Source: an uncultured Acidobacteriota bacterium | Lineage (GTDB): Bacteria > Acidobacteriota > Vicinamibacteria > Vicinamibacterales > UBA2999 | Length of the DNA: 64,000 bases | NCBI GenBank assembly: GCA_963773045.1 | Contig: CAVYZT010000015.1 | Location: forward strand, 8,444-72,443 | Direction: 5' to 3' | In this document: in pieces, positions 30,702 to 39,410 of the stretch | Numbering within the stretch: the stretch's first letter is position 1 | Layout of the letters: the number at the start of each line of letters is the position of its first letter | The notes under the pieces: generated by a model | Seen by the model: only the letters and a program-made list of their open reading frames with translations | Database searches by the model: none | What the model was told of the DNA's origin: nothing | Made by a program: the position numbers and the translations under genes

Positions 30702-32121
30702 ATGAACGTCAACGAGGAACGCGGGCGCATCGGGCCAAATCTGTGGAGGAGCACATGGAGCGGTGTGGAAGTGGACAACTGCGCGCACGCGCTGGGATGG
30801 GCGCTGGCGATGCTGGTCTCGCGAGCCACGGCCGCGGCCCAGGACTTCGCCGGGCGCGAGAAGCTGCGCGCACATGGCGAGCTGGAGTTCCGGAAAGACA
30901 TCGTCAAGGTGGTGGATGGGGTGTACGTGGCCGTTGGCTACTCGATGGCCAACGTGACCCTGATCGTCGGAGACGGCGGCGTCATCATCGTCGACACCAC
31001 CAGCACGATCGACGATGCGCAGGCGGTGAAGGCGGAGTTCGCGAAGATCTCGAACGCGCCAGTGCGCGCCATCGTCTACACGCACTCGCATCCCGATCAC
31101 ACCGGCGGAGCCAGCGTGTTCGCCGGTGCCGATCGACCCGAGATCTACAGCCACCAGCTGCTCGTGGACCGTGTGCCTGACCTGGGCCGCGCGGGCCGCG
31201 ACGGCGGCGATCAGTTCGGCTCCACGCTGCCGGAGGCGTTGTACATCAACGGCGGCACGGGCACCGAGTTCGGTCGGCCTTCTGGACCCGCCGCGATGAA
31301 GACAGGTCCGCTCCCGCCGACCAAGACCTTCAGCGGCGACGGCCTGGCATTGACGATTGCCGGCGTGCGCCTGGAACTGCTGCACACGCCTGGCGAGACC
31401 AACGACGGCATTTCCGTGTGGCTGCCGGACACCCGCGTGCTGCTCACCGGCGACCTCTTTCTGAAGGCGTTCCCGAACCTCTACGCGATCCGAGGTGCGG
31501 CGCCCCGCCCGGTGAGGACGTGGGTCGCCAGCCTCACGAAACTCATCGCGCTCGGCGCCGAGCACGTCGTGCCGGGTCACACGCGCCCCGTCTTGGGCCT
31601 GTCCAACGCACGCGGTGCGCTCACGGCCTACCGAGACGGGATTCAGTCCGTGTACGACCAGACGCTCGAGGGCATGAAGAAAGGCGAGCGGCCCGACGAG
31701 CTCGTGGCGCACGTGAAGCTGCCGCCAGATCTCGGCAACGAGCCCGTACCTGCAGGAGTACTACGGCACCGTGGAATGGTCGGTGCGCGCGATCTACAGC
31801 GACCAACTGGGGTGGTTCGACGGCAACGCCACGCATTTGTTTCCAATGCCCGAGACGGAGCGCGCAAAGAGGATCGTGACTCTGGCTGGAGGCGTGCCGC
31901 AGACGCTGTCACGCGGCAGGGAGGCGCAGGCCAGGGGCGACTTCCGATGGGCCGCCGAGCTTGCGGATGTCGTGCTGGCCGTGGATGCGGCCAACGTCGA
32001 CGCGAAGCGCCTCAAGGCGCAGGCCCTGACCGAACTCGGCGAGCGCCAGACGAGCGCCAACGCCAGGAACTACTACCTCTCGGTTGCCCAGTACCTGCTG
32101 CGAGGCCTGCCGCCGCAGTAG
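30702..32121 (+). pseudogene. MBL-fold alkyl/aryl-sulfatase-like hydrolase (MBL plus dimerisation domain), one frameshift near 31745
   Basis: THSHPDHTGG motif. ORF 31771..32121 (EWSVRAIYSDQLGWFDGN...NARNYYLSVAQYL) continues the protein in another frame. The start is uncertain. Confidence 0.7.
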
Positions 32122-32124
32122 GAA

Positions 32125-32190
32125 CTTCATGATGTAGGAGGACGTGTCCGTGTCCAGCATGAAGCGGGGCATTAGCCCTCGCGTTCCTGC
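32125..32190 (-). pseudogene. 66-bp scar duplicating the vapB-stop / vapC-start junction
   Basis: 65/66 identical to 8901-8966 (single mismatch at 8917 versus 32141). Identity stops abruptly on both sides. Confidence 0.85.
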
Positions 32191-32215
32191 CCTCACGCAG
32201 CGAGCCGACGCGAGC

Positions 32216-32926
32216 TCAGCTCCGTCGCTTCGAAGCCTCGTATCGTGCCAGGTTCTCGGCATTGGCTGGATACAGGCCGGGCAGCGCGGCCCCGCCCTTG
32301 ACCTCGTTCATGATCCAGTCTTCGAGATGTTCCTGATCGACGGCCAGCGCGGCCACCCCCTCGACAAGGGCGGCCGGGATCACGACGGCGCCGTCCCCGT
32401 CGGCGACGATGACGTCGTCCGGAAAGATTGCCACGCCACCGCAACCGATCGGTTGCTGCCAGTCGACGAAGGTCAGTCCGGCCACCGACGGCGGAGCCGC
32501 AGTGCCACTCGCCCAGACCGGCAACCCGGTTGACCGCACGCCGGCGAGATCTCGCACAACGCCGTCACTCACGAGCGCCGCAACCCCTCGCATGACCATG
32601 CGCGCGCACAGGATGTCACCCCAGAAGCCGGCGTCCTTGACACCGTGCGCGTCCACCACCGCGACGCAGCCGGCCGGCATCTGCTCGATCGCAGCGCGGG
32701 TCGACGTGGGCGAGCTCCAGGCCGCGGGCGTTGCCAGATCTTCGCGCGCGGGAATGAAGCGCAACGTGAAGGCCCGTCCGACGATGCGCGGCACGCCGCT
32801 GGTGAGCGGAAACGCCCCGCGGATCCACACATTGCGCAGGCCCTTCTTCAACAGAATCGTCGTCAGCGTGGCCGTGGTAACGCCCACCAAGGCTGTGAGG
32901 GCCGAGGCGTCGTTCGAAGAAGACAT
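32216..32926 (-). CDS. RraA family protein (RNase E regulator / HMG-aldolase-like)
   Basis: AAGGAG RBS before the ATG at 32926. Motif GDILCARMVMRGVAALVSDGVVRD. Confidence 0.7.
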   Translation of the reverse strand: MSSSNDASALTALVGVTTATLTTILLKKGLRNVWIRGAFPLTSGVPRIVGRAFTLRFIPAREDLATPAAWSSPTSTRAAIEQMPAGCVAVVDAHGVKDAGFWGDILCARMVMRGVAALVSDGVVRDLAGVRSTGLPVWASGTAAPPSVAGLTFVDWQQPIGCGGVAIFPDDVIVADGDGAVVIPAALVEGVAALAVDQEHLEDWIMNEVKGGAALPGLYPANAENLARYEASKRRS

Positions 32927-33212
32927 CCAGGTTCTCCTTTGGGGTGCGTTGAGGATACCTGTTTTGCCGGTGCTGATGACCATTGCACACGAACACCTTC
33001 ACGTCCGGCGAGGGGCAGGGTCCAGTTCTCGAGTGCGGCGCCTCCGCAAAGGCTCATGAGGGCAGTGCGCGAGAAATGGTCGATCGATCGAGTTGGAGAC
33101 TGTCGAGTGGTGGCTCTGGCGCGCAGTTTCGCGCGCTTACGAGGAATGCTGAGGGTACAATGCCCGCTCTCTGGTTCCCTGCAAGGCTACTGTCGCTTAC
33201 GGAGTCAGGACC

Positions 33213-34709
33213 GTGCCGTACATCATCGCGCTCGATCAGGGCACCACAAGCTCGCGCACGATCGTCTTCGATCATGACGCGTCCATCGTCGCCGTCGGCC
33301 AACGCGAGTTTCGACAGATCTTCCCGCAACCCGGCTGGGTTGAACACGACCCTGCCGAGATCTGGGCGACGCAGATTGCGGTGACGACCGAGGCGCTGGA
33401 GCGCGCCAACCTTCGACCGCCAGACATCGCCGCCATCGGCATCACCAATCAGCGCGAGACCACCATCGTGTGGGATCGTGAGACGGGCGAGCCGGTCTAC
33501 AACGCCATCGTCTGGCAGGACCGTCGGACGGCGGATTTCTGTGATCGCCTGAAACGCGACGGCCACGCAGACCTCATTCGAGAACGCACCGGGCTCGTCA
33601 TCGACGCCTACTTTTCCGGCAGCAAGGTCGCGTGGATTCTCGACAACGTTTCCGGCGCGCGGGCCCGAGCCGAGGCCGGCAAGTTGGCGTTCGGAACCAT
33701 CGACAGCTGGTTGGTGTGGCAGCTCACGAGCGGATCGACGCATATCACGGACGTCAGCAACGCGGCGCGGACCATGCTGTTCAACATCAACACGCTGGCG
33801 TGGGACGCCGATCTGCTGAAGCTGTTGCGGGTACCCGCCAGCATGTTGCCTGACGTCCGTCCATCGAGCGAGATCTACGGCCGCGTCTCGACGACGCACG
33901 GCGTTGGCGGCGTCCCCATCGCCGGCATCGCCGGTGACCAGCAGGCCGCCCTGTTCGGCCAGATGTGCATCTCTCCCGGGCTGACGAAGAACACTTATGG
34001 CACTGGCTGTTTCCTGCTGCAGAACACGGGTGAGCGGCCGGTTGCCTCACGCAATCGACTGCTCTCGACAGTGGCCTGGCAGGTCGGTGGCAAGACGATG
34101 TACGCGCTCGAAGGCGGCGTGTTCATCGGCGGCGCAGTGGTCCAATGGCTGCGCGACGGGCTGGGCATCATCAAGGCATCGTCCGATGTCGAGCCGCTGG
34201 CGCTGTCCGTGCCGGATAGCGGCGGCGTCTATGTCGTGCCGGCATTTGCCGGCCTGGGCGCGCCGCACTGGGATCCGTACGCGCGCGGCACCATCGTCGG
34301 GATCACGCGAGGCACGAAAGCCGCCCACATCGCCAGGGCCGCCGTGGAGAGCGTCGCATTCCAGGTCGCCGACCTGCTCGAAGCGATGCGAGACGATGCT
34401 GGAATCGATCTCGCGGAACTGCGCGTCGACGGTGGCGCGGCCGCCAACAATCACCTGCTGCAGTTTCAAGCCGACCTGCTCGGCGTCGCCGTCGTGCGGC
34501 CGAAAGTGACCGAGACGACAGCGCTGGGAGCGGCGTACCTTGCGGGCCTGGCGGTCGGCTTCTGGGACTCGACCGACGCACTCGCCCGCCATTGGCGTAT
34601 CGACCGACGCTTCGAGCCGTCAATACCAGCGTCAGCGGCGGCGGCGCGTCGCGCGGAGTGGCACCAGGCGTTGAACCGGTCGAAGAGCTGGGTCGCCGGG
34701 AGTCAGTAG
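33213..34709 (+). CDS. glpK: Glycerol kinase
   Basis: [21 protein letters not shown] and [10 protein letters not shown]. 498 aa, intact. Confidence 0.95.
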   Translation: MPYIIALDQGTTSSRTIVFDHDASIVAVGQREFRQIFPQPGWVEHDPAEIWATQIAVTTEALERANLRPPDIAAIGITNQRETTIVWDRETGEPVYNAIVWQDRRTADFCDRLKRDGHADLIRERTGLVIDAYFSGSKVAWILDNVSGARARAEAGKLAFGTIDSWLVWQLTSGSTHITDVSNAARTMLFNINTLAWDADLLKLLRVPASMLPDVRPSSEIYGRVSTTHGVGGVPIAGIAGDQQAALFGQMCISPGLTKNTYGTGCFLLQNTGERPVASRNRLLSTVAWQVGGKTMYALEGGVFIGGAVVQWLRDGLGIIKASSDVEPLALSVPDSGGVYVVPAFAGLGAPHWDPYARGTIVGITRGTKAAHIARAAVESVAFQVADLLEAMRDDAGIDLAELRVDGGAAANNHLLQFQADLLGVAVVRPKVTETTALGAAYLAGLAVGFWDSTDALARHWRIDRRFEPSIPASAAAARRAEWHQALNRSKSWVAGSQ

Positions 34710-34710
34710 C

Positions 34711-36270
34711 ATGCGCAGGGCCGATATGCTCGTGCGGCTCGAGGCCCGGCACAATCCCTGGGACATTGTCATCATCGGCGGCGGCGCCACAGGCGTTGGC
34801 ATCGCAGTCGATGCCGCGAGCCGCGGCTACGACGTCCTCCTTCTGGAACAGCATGACTTCGGCAAAGGCACGTCGAGCCGGAGCACCAAGCTCGTGCACG
34901 GGGGCGTACGTTACCTCGAACAGGGCAACCTCGCCCTGGTGATGGAGGCGCTCAAGGAGCGCGGCCTGCTTCGACAGAACGCTCCACATCTGGTCAGCAA
35001 CCTCGCCTTCGTCGTGCCGAACTACGACTGGTGGGAGGCGCCCTTCTACGGGCTTGGACTCAAGATCTACAACGCGCTGGCCGGCAAGTACGGCTTCGGC
35101 ACGTCAGAAATCCTGAATCGCGAGGAGACCCTGTCGCGCCTGCCGACGATCAAGACCGAAGGGCTGCGCGGCGGGGTCGTCTATTACGATGGCCAGTTCG
35201 ACGATGCGCGGCTGCTGATCAATCTCGTCGAGACCGCCGCCGACCAGGGTGCGACGCTGGTCAATTACGTCCGCGTCGTGGCGATGACGAGGGGCGCCGA
35301 CGGCTTCATCGACGGCGTCATCGCGGCCGATCAGGAAACCGGTCGGCAATGGACGATCCCCGCGCGCGTGATCGTCAATGCGACGGGTGCGTTTTCCGAC
35401 TCGGTGCGCTGGCTGGCCGAGCCTGACACGGAGCCATTGATCGCGCCGAGCCAGGGGATTCACCTGGTGTTCGACCACTCTTTTCTGTCGGCCGATTCGG
35501 CGATCATGGTGCCGCACACGTCGGACGGCCGCGTGATGTTCGCGATTCCGTGGCATGGCCACACGCTCGTCGGCACCACCGACACGCCGATTGCGACGCC
35601 GGTGCTGGAGCCTCGACCGCTCCCGGAGGAGATCGAGTTCGTCCTCGAGACGGCAGGTCAGTACCTTCGCAAGCCACCCACTCGAGACGACGTCTTGAGT
35701 GTGTTCGCCGGCATCCGTCCGCTCGTCAAGAGCGGGGACGGCATGTTGACCGCGGCGTTGTCGCGCGACCATACGATCCACATCGATGCCTCGGGGCTGT
35801 TGACGACGACCGGCGGCAAGTGGACGACGTACCGGAACATGGCGGAGCACACCGTGGATCAGGCGGCCGATTTCGGCCGTCTGGCCGAACGGCCCTGCGT
35901 GACGCGTACGCTCAACATTCACGGATACCACTCCAACGCGGATCGGTTTGGCGCGCTTGGCGTGTATGGGTCTGACGCGCTGGCGATTCAAGATCTGATG
36001 CGCGCGACACCGTCGTGGGCGGTGCCGCTCCACGCGCAGTTGCCCTACACGGGCGCCGAGGTCGTATGGGCTGCCCGCCACGAGATGGCCCGGACCGTCG
36101 AGGACGTGCTCGCGCGCCGCACGCGGGCGCTCTTCCTGAACGCCCGCGCGGCGGAAGCCATGGCGCCAGAGGTGGCGCGGCTGATGGCCGACGAGCTTGG
36201 CTGGGATTCATCGCGCCAGGCTGCGGAAGTGAAGGAATTCTCGGCCCTCGCCAAGGGATATCAGCTCTAG
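34711..36270 (+). CDS. glpD: FAD-dependent glycerol-3-phosphate dehydrogenase/oxidase
   Basis: DIVIIGGGATGVGIAVDAASRG...TSSRSTKLVHGG. 519 aa. It starts 1 nt after the glpK stop. Confidence 0.9.
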   Translation: MRRADMLVRLEARHNPWDIVIIGGGATGVGIAVDAASRGYDVLLLEQHDFGKGTSSRSTKLVHGGVRYLEQGNLALVMEALKERGLLRQNAPHLVSNLAFVVPNYDWWEAPFYGLGLKIYNALAGKYGFGTSEILNREETLSRLPTIKTEGLRGGVVYYDGQFDDARLLINLVETAADQGATLVNYVRVVAMTRGADGFIDGVIAADQETGRQWTIPARVIVNATGAFSDSVRWLAEPDTEPLIAPSQGIHLVFDHSFLSADSAIMVPHTSDGRVMFAIPWHGHTLVGTTDTPIATPVLEPRPLPEEIEFVLETAGQYLRKPPTRDDVLSVFAGIRPLVKSGDGMLTAALSRDHTIHIDASGLLTTTGGKWTTYRNMAEHTVDQAADFGRLAERPCVTRTLNIHGYHSNADRFGALGVYGSDALAIQDLMRATPSWAVPLHAQLPYTGAEVVWAARHEMARTVEDVLARRTRALFLNARAAEAMAPEVARLMADELGWDSSRQAAEVKEFSALAKGYQL

Positions 36271-36282
36271 TCGGGCCTTCGC

Positions 36283-37257
36283 TTACTGCGCCGGACACTT
36301 GAACTGATGATTCAGGTAGACGCTGACGTTGCCCTTGTCGATAGCCCTCAACAGACTGGCCACGGCCTGAAGGTGCAGTTGCCGCAGAGCTTCAAGCTGG
36401 CTGAGCAACAACGGCGAAGCCTCACCCAACTGCGTTAGATATTGGTCGCCACCGGGGAAAGCGAGCCAGTCATTTCCAGGAAAGGCAATGCCAGCCTTCG
36501 CAGTCGTCGGTTGCCCATTGTTGTTGAGCGGGATGTAGGTGGTGTCGGGAGTCGTGTTCACCGCAGCAGAGAGGCCGGTAATGAGGCGCTTTTTACTCGC
36601 CGCAGGTTTGAGAAACAGCATGGAATTGTTGGTCGGCGAACCCTGAAAGTCGATCTGGGTAAAACCAGCGAATGTCCCACTCCAGAGAGCGGCGTCGATG
36701 GTGCCCAGATAATCGAAAAACCCTTTTGCCTCCACACCGGTCAGAGCGTCGTCAAAGGTCACGACGGCATAGTCAAGAGAGAAAAAATAGGCCTTCGGGT
36801 TATCGGGACTGAAGTGAGCGGTTCCCCCCTGGTTCAGGACGTAGCCGAGAGCATTGTCGAGTACGTCAACATCCGCTCCGCTCACGGCATCAGGCCCCGA
36901 ATCCTTGACGGTAAACACGTAGGAAGGATTGGTGACGGCCTCGAATCCACCGGCCGCAACACGAACACTCGTATTGCTGGGGTGAACTGTGCTGATGGCG
37001 CTGTGTGATATGAGCAAGTCGATCACCTCCTGGACGACGCCGCACTCGTTGAGGAGTCGATTGCTCCACAGCTCCAGGTTGGGGTAGCCGACGCTCAGGA
37101 TCTTGGCGAGGGCCTGCGGCCCGACGACATCCTGAGAAGGAATCGGCTCCACCGAGATATACGTGGTGGCGTGAACCGCAAGGGTGGTCGTGAGCCAAAC
37201 GCTTGCAATCACGCATGGCAAGAACTTCCGGCGACTTTTCGTGATGCTTCTAATCAT
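36283..37257 (-). CDS. Secreted hypothetical protein, no recognisable family
   Basis: ATG at 37257 follows GGTGAGG. Signal peptide CVIASVWLTTTLAVHA. Visibly AT-richer than its neighbours (by eye, not computed). Confidence 0.6.
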   Translation of the reverse strand: MIRSITKSRRKFLPCVIASVWLTTTLAVHATTYISVEPIPSQDVVGPQALAKILSVGYPNLELWSNRLLNECGVVQEVIDLLISHSAISTVHPSNTSVRVAAGGFEAVTNPSYVFTVKDSGPDAVSGADVDVLDNALGYVLNQGGTAHFSPDNPKAYFFSLDYAVVTFDDALTGVEAKGFFDYLGTIDAALWSGTFAGFTQIDFQGSPTNNSMLFLKPAASKKRLITGLSAAVNTTPDTTYIPLNNNGQPTTAKAGIAFPGNDWLAFPGGDQYLTQLGEASPLLLSQLEALRQLHLQAVASLLRAIDKGNVSVYLNHQFKCPAQ

Positions 37258-37438
37258 GTGCCTCACCCCGACTTTCTAGCCGTACATCTACAGTCGGGGG
37301 GCACCGTGAACCCGCTCATGATACGCGGCATCGACACAGTTGGAAGCGCTTTCGTCGCGGAAGCACCATTTCCTTGCCACAGCGAGGCCGATCTCGGTAG
37401 TCTCGCGACATTCGCGAAAGATCAGGAGAACGCGGAGG

Positions 37439-38585
37439 ATGCGCATGACGAAAGCCACGCTTACTGTTGCCGCCACACTTGCGCTGGTGGTCGGCGCGTT
37501 GGGTTGCAATTCGAACACTGAAGCGCAGTCGGGCGGTGCCGCGGTGCCGTTCAAGGTGGGAACCTTCGAGCGGAGCGGGCAGGCTTTTGTCGGGCTCGTG
37601 CTTCGTGACACTCAGGTCGTGGACATCGCGCCGGCGAATGCCGCGTTCGAGGCCGCCAACGCGTCGGCGCCCAAGTTGACCGTACCAGGCGACATGAAGG
37701 ACGCTGATCGCGCGCTACGACACCGAGTGGAAAGCGCGCCTGGCCTCGATCGCCAGGGACGTTTCGACCGCCAAGGCCGCACCGAGCCTATGCGTACTCC
37801 CTCGACACGCTCAAGGTGCTGCCTCCCGTACGCCCGTCCCTCATCCTCAATGCCGGCGGCAACTACGTCGAGCACACCGAGGGCATCGCCGCGCAGCAGC
37901 AGCGGGCGGGAGCCGCAGCGGCCGCCCCGCCGTCCGCGGCCGTCACCGCGCCGGGCATCTGGGAGCGCAAGGCTGACGACACGCGCGACAACCCGTATCT
38001 CTTCCAGAAGTCGCCGACGGTGGTCATCGGCGCCACCGATCCCATCGTCATGCCGCGCGGCCGCACGAATATCGACTTCGAGTGCGAGTTCGACGTCGTC
38101 ATCGGCAAGCCGGCCAAATACGTTCCGGTCGCGAACGCCGCCGACTACATCTTCGGCTACACGGTGCAGATCGACGTGTCGGACCGCGGCGGCCGCGGCG
38201 ACCGCAAGATGGGCGGGTCCGACTGGCTCGATCGGGCAAGAACCACGACACGTTCGGACCGCTCGGACCGTTCATCGTGCCGAAGGAGTTCGTCAAGGAT
38301 CCGATGAACATCCGGCACACCTTCACGCTGAACGATCAGGTGATGCAGGACTCGAACACGAACCGCATGAGCCACAACATCTTCGAGCTGCTGCACTACG
38401 CGTCGAACATCCTGACGCTTCATCCCGGGGACGTGATCTCCGGCGGCAGTCCGGCCGGCACGAACATCGAGCGCGCCGAGCCGCGCTGGATGCGCGCGGG
38501 CGACACGGCGAAGTGCGCCATCGACGGGATCGGCACGCAGATTCATCCTGTCGTCGCGGAAGGCGCCGCGCCGTCAACTCAGTAG
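37439..38585 (+). pseudogene. Fumarylacetoacetate hydrolase (FAH) family protein with lipoprotein signal, at least 3 frameshifts as assembled
   Basis: N-terminus MRMTKATL...LGC in frame 37340. The core is in 37816..38307 (NAGGNYVEH, ECEFDVVIG). The C-terminus is in 38082..38585 (GDVISGGSPAG). Confidence 0.7.
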
Positions 38586-39232
38586 CAGGAGGCTTTTCGG
38601 AGATCAGCGGGGGGGCGCGCGTTTGCAATCCGCTTCCGAACGAGTGCTGGCGAGATCGGCAAGCGCGCGTGCCCCTTGTCGCGGCGATCGGCCATGGCAC
38701 TCAACTGGCTCTTCAATGCGGTGCGGAATGCCTGACGGGCGCGGGAGAGACTGGACATGACGGTTCCCATCGGAATGTCCATCTCGTCCGCTAGTTCCCG
38801 GTACGACAAGCCTTCCAGCTCACGGAGCACGAGCAGTTCACGAAAACGATCGGGCAAATCACTCATCGCCCGATCGATCGAGTTCACGTCATCGGTTTGC
38901 AGCAACAACGTTTCAGGGTCGGAGCTCTGCCGATCGCCGCTGTGCTGCTCTTCATCGAACGGGTCGGTTGGCGGCTGCATGCTGTGGCCGCGCCAGCTCC
39001 AGCAGGTGTGGCGAACGATTCTGAGGAACCAGGCGCGCCCGTTGCCGCCGGTAAACGTCCGAAAGTATCGGAATGCCCGCAGTGACGCCTCTTGCACGAC
39101 GTCTTCTGCGTCGTGCTCGTTCCGCATCTGCCAGCGTGCCAACCGATACGCGGCATCGAGATGGGGAAGGACGATCTCGTCAAAGCTCCCGCCGATGGCC
39201 GGCGCGGCGGACGGACAACATGCGTTGGTCAT
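38579..39232 (-). CDS. ECF-type RNA polymerase sigma-70 factor with a ~45-aa C-terminal tail
   Basis: Region 2 is DAEDVVQEASLRAFRYF. Region 4 is LSYRELADEMDIPMGTVMSSLSRAR. Start chosen at Met 39232. Confidence 0.75.
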   Translation of the reverse strand: MTNACCPSAAPAIGGSFDEIVLPHLDAAYRLARWQMRNEHDAEDVVQEASLRAFRYFRTFTGGNGRAWFLRIVRHTCWSWRGHSMQPPTDPFDEEQHSGDRQSSDPETLLLQTDDVNSIDRAMSDLPDRFRELLVLRELEGLSYRELADEMDIPMGTVMSSLSRARQAFRTALKSQLSAMADRRDKGHARLPISPALVRKRIANARPPADLRKASCY

Positions 39233-39410
39233 GTGACGCTTCAGGACGTGGTGGAGCCCGGACGCGCTTGCGCCTCGGAGCTCATGAGACCGAACACTTG
39301 AACGGCCATTTGCGCCAGTCTGGAGTGCGGGCGGGGTGGAGACCACCGACAGCCCCCGCACAGAACCCGTACGACGCCCGTACAGGCGGCGGCAGTAAGA
39401 TGACAAGGCC

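Noticed and set aside
37340-38794. A 484-aa ORF that could be taken as one protein.
   Set aside because: Only its first ~90 codons (the lipoprotein signal and the FAH N-terminus) look real. The rest is Arg/Pro-rich out-of-frame read-through. The FAH core and C-terminus lie in ORFs 37816..38307 and 38082..38585.
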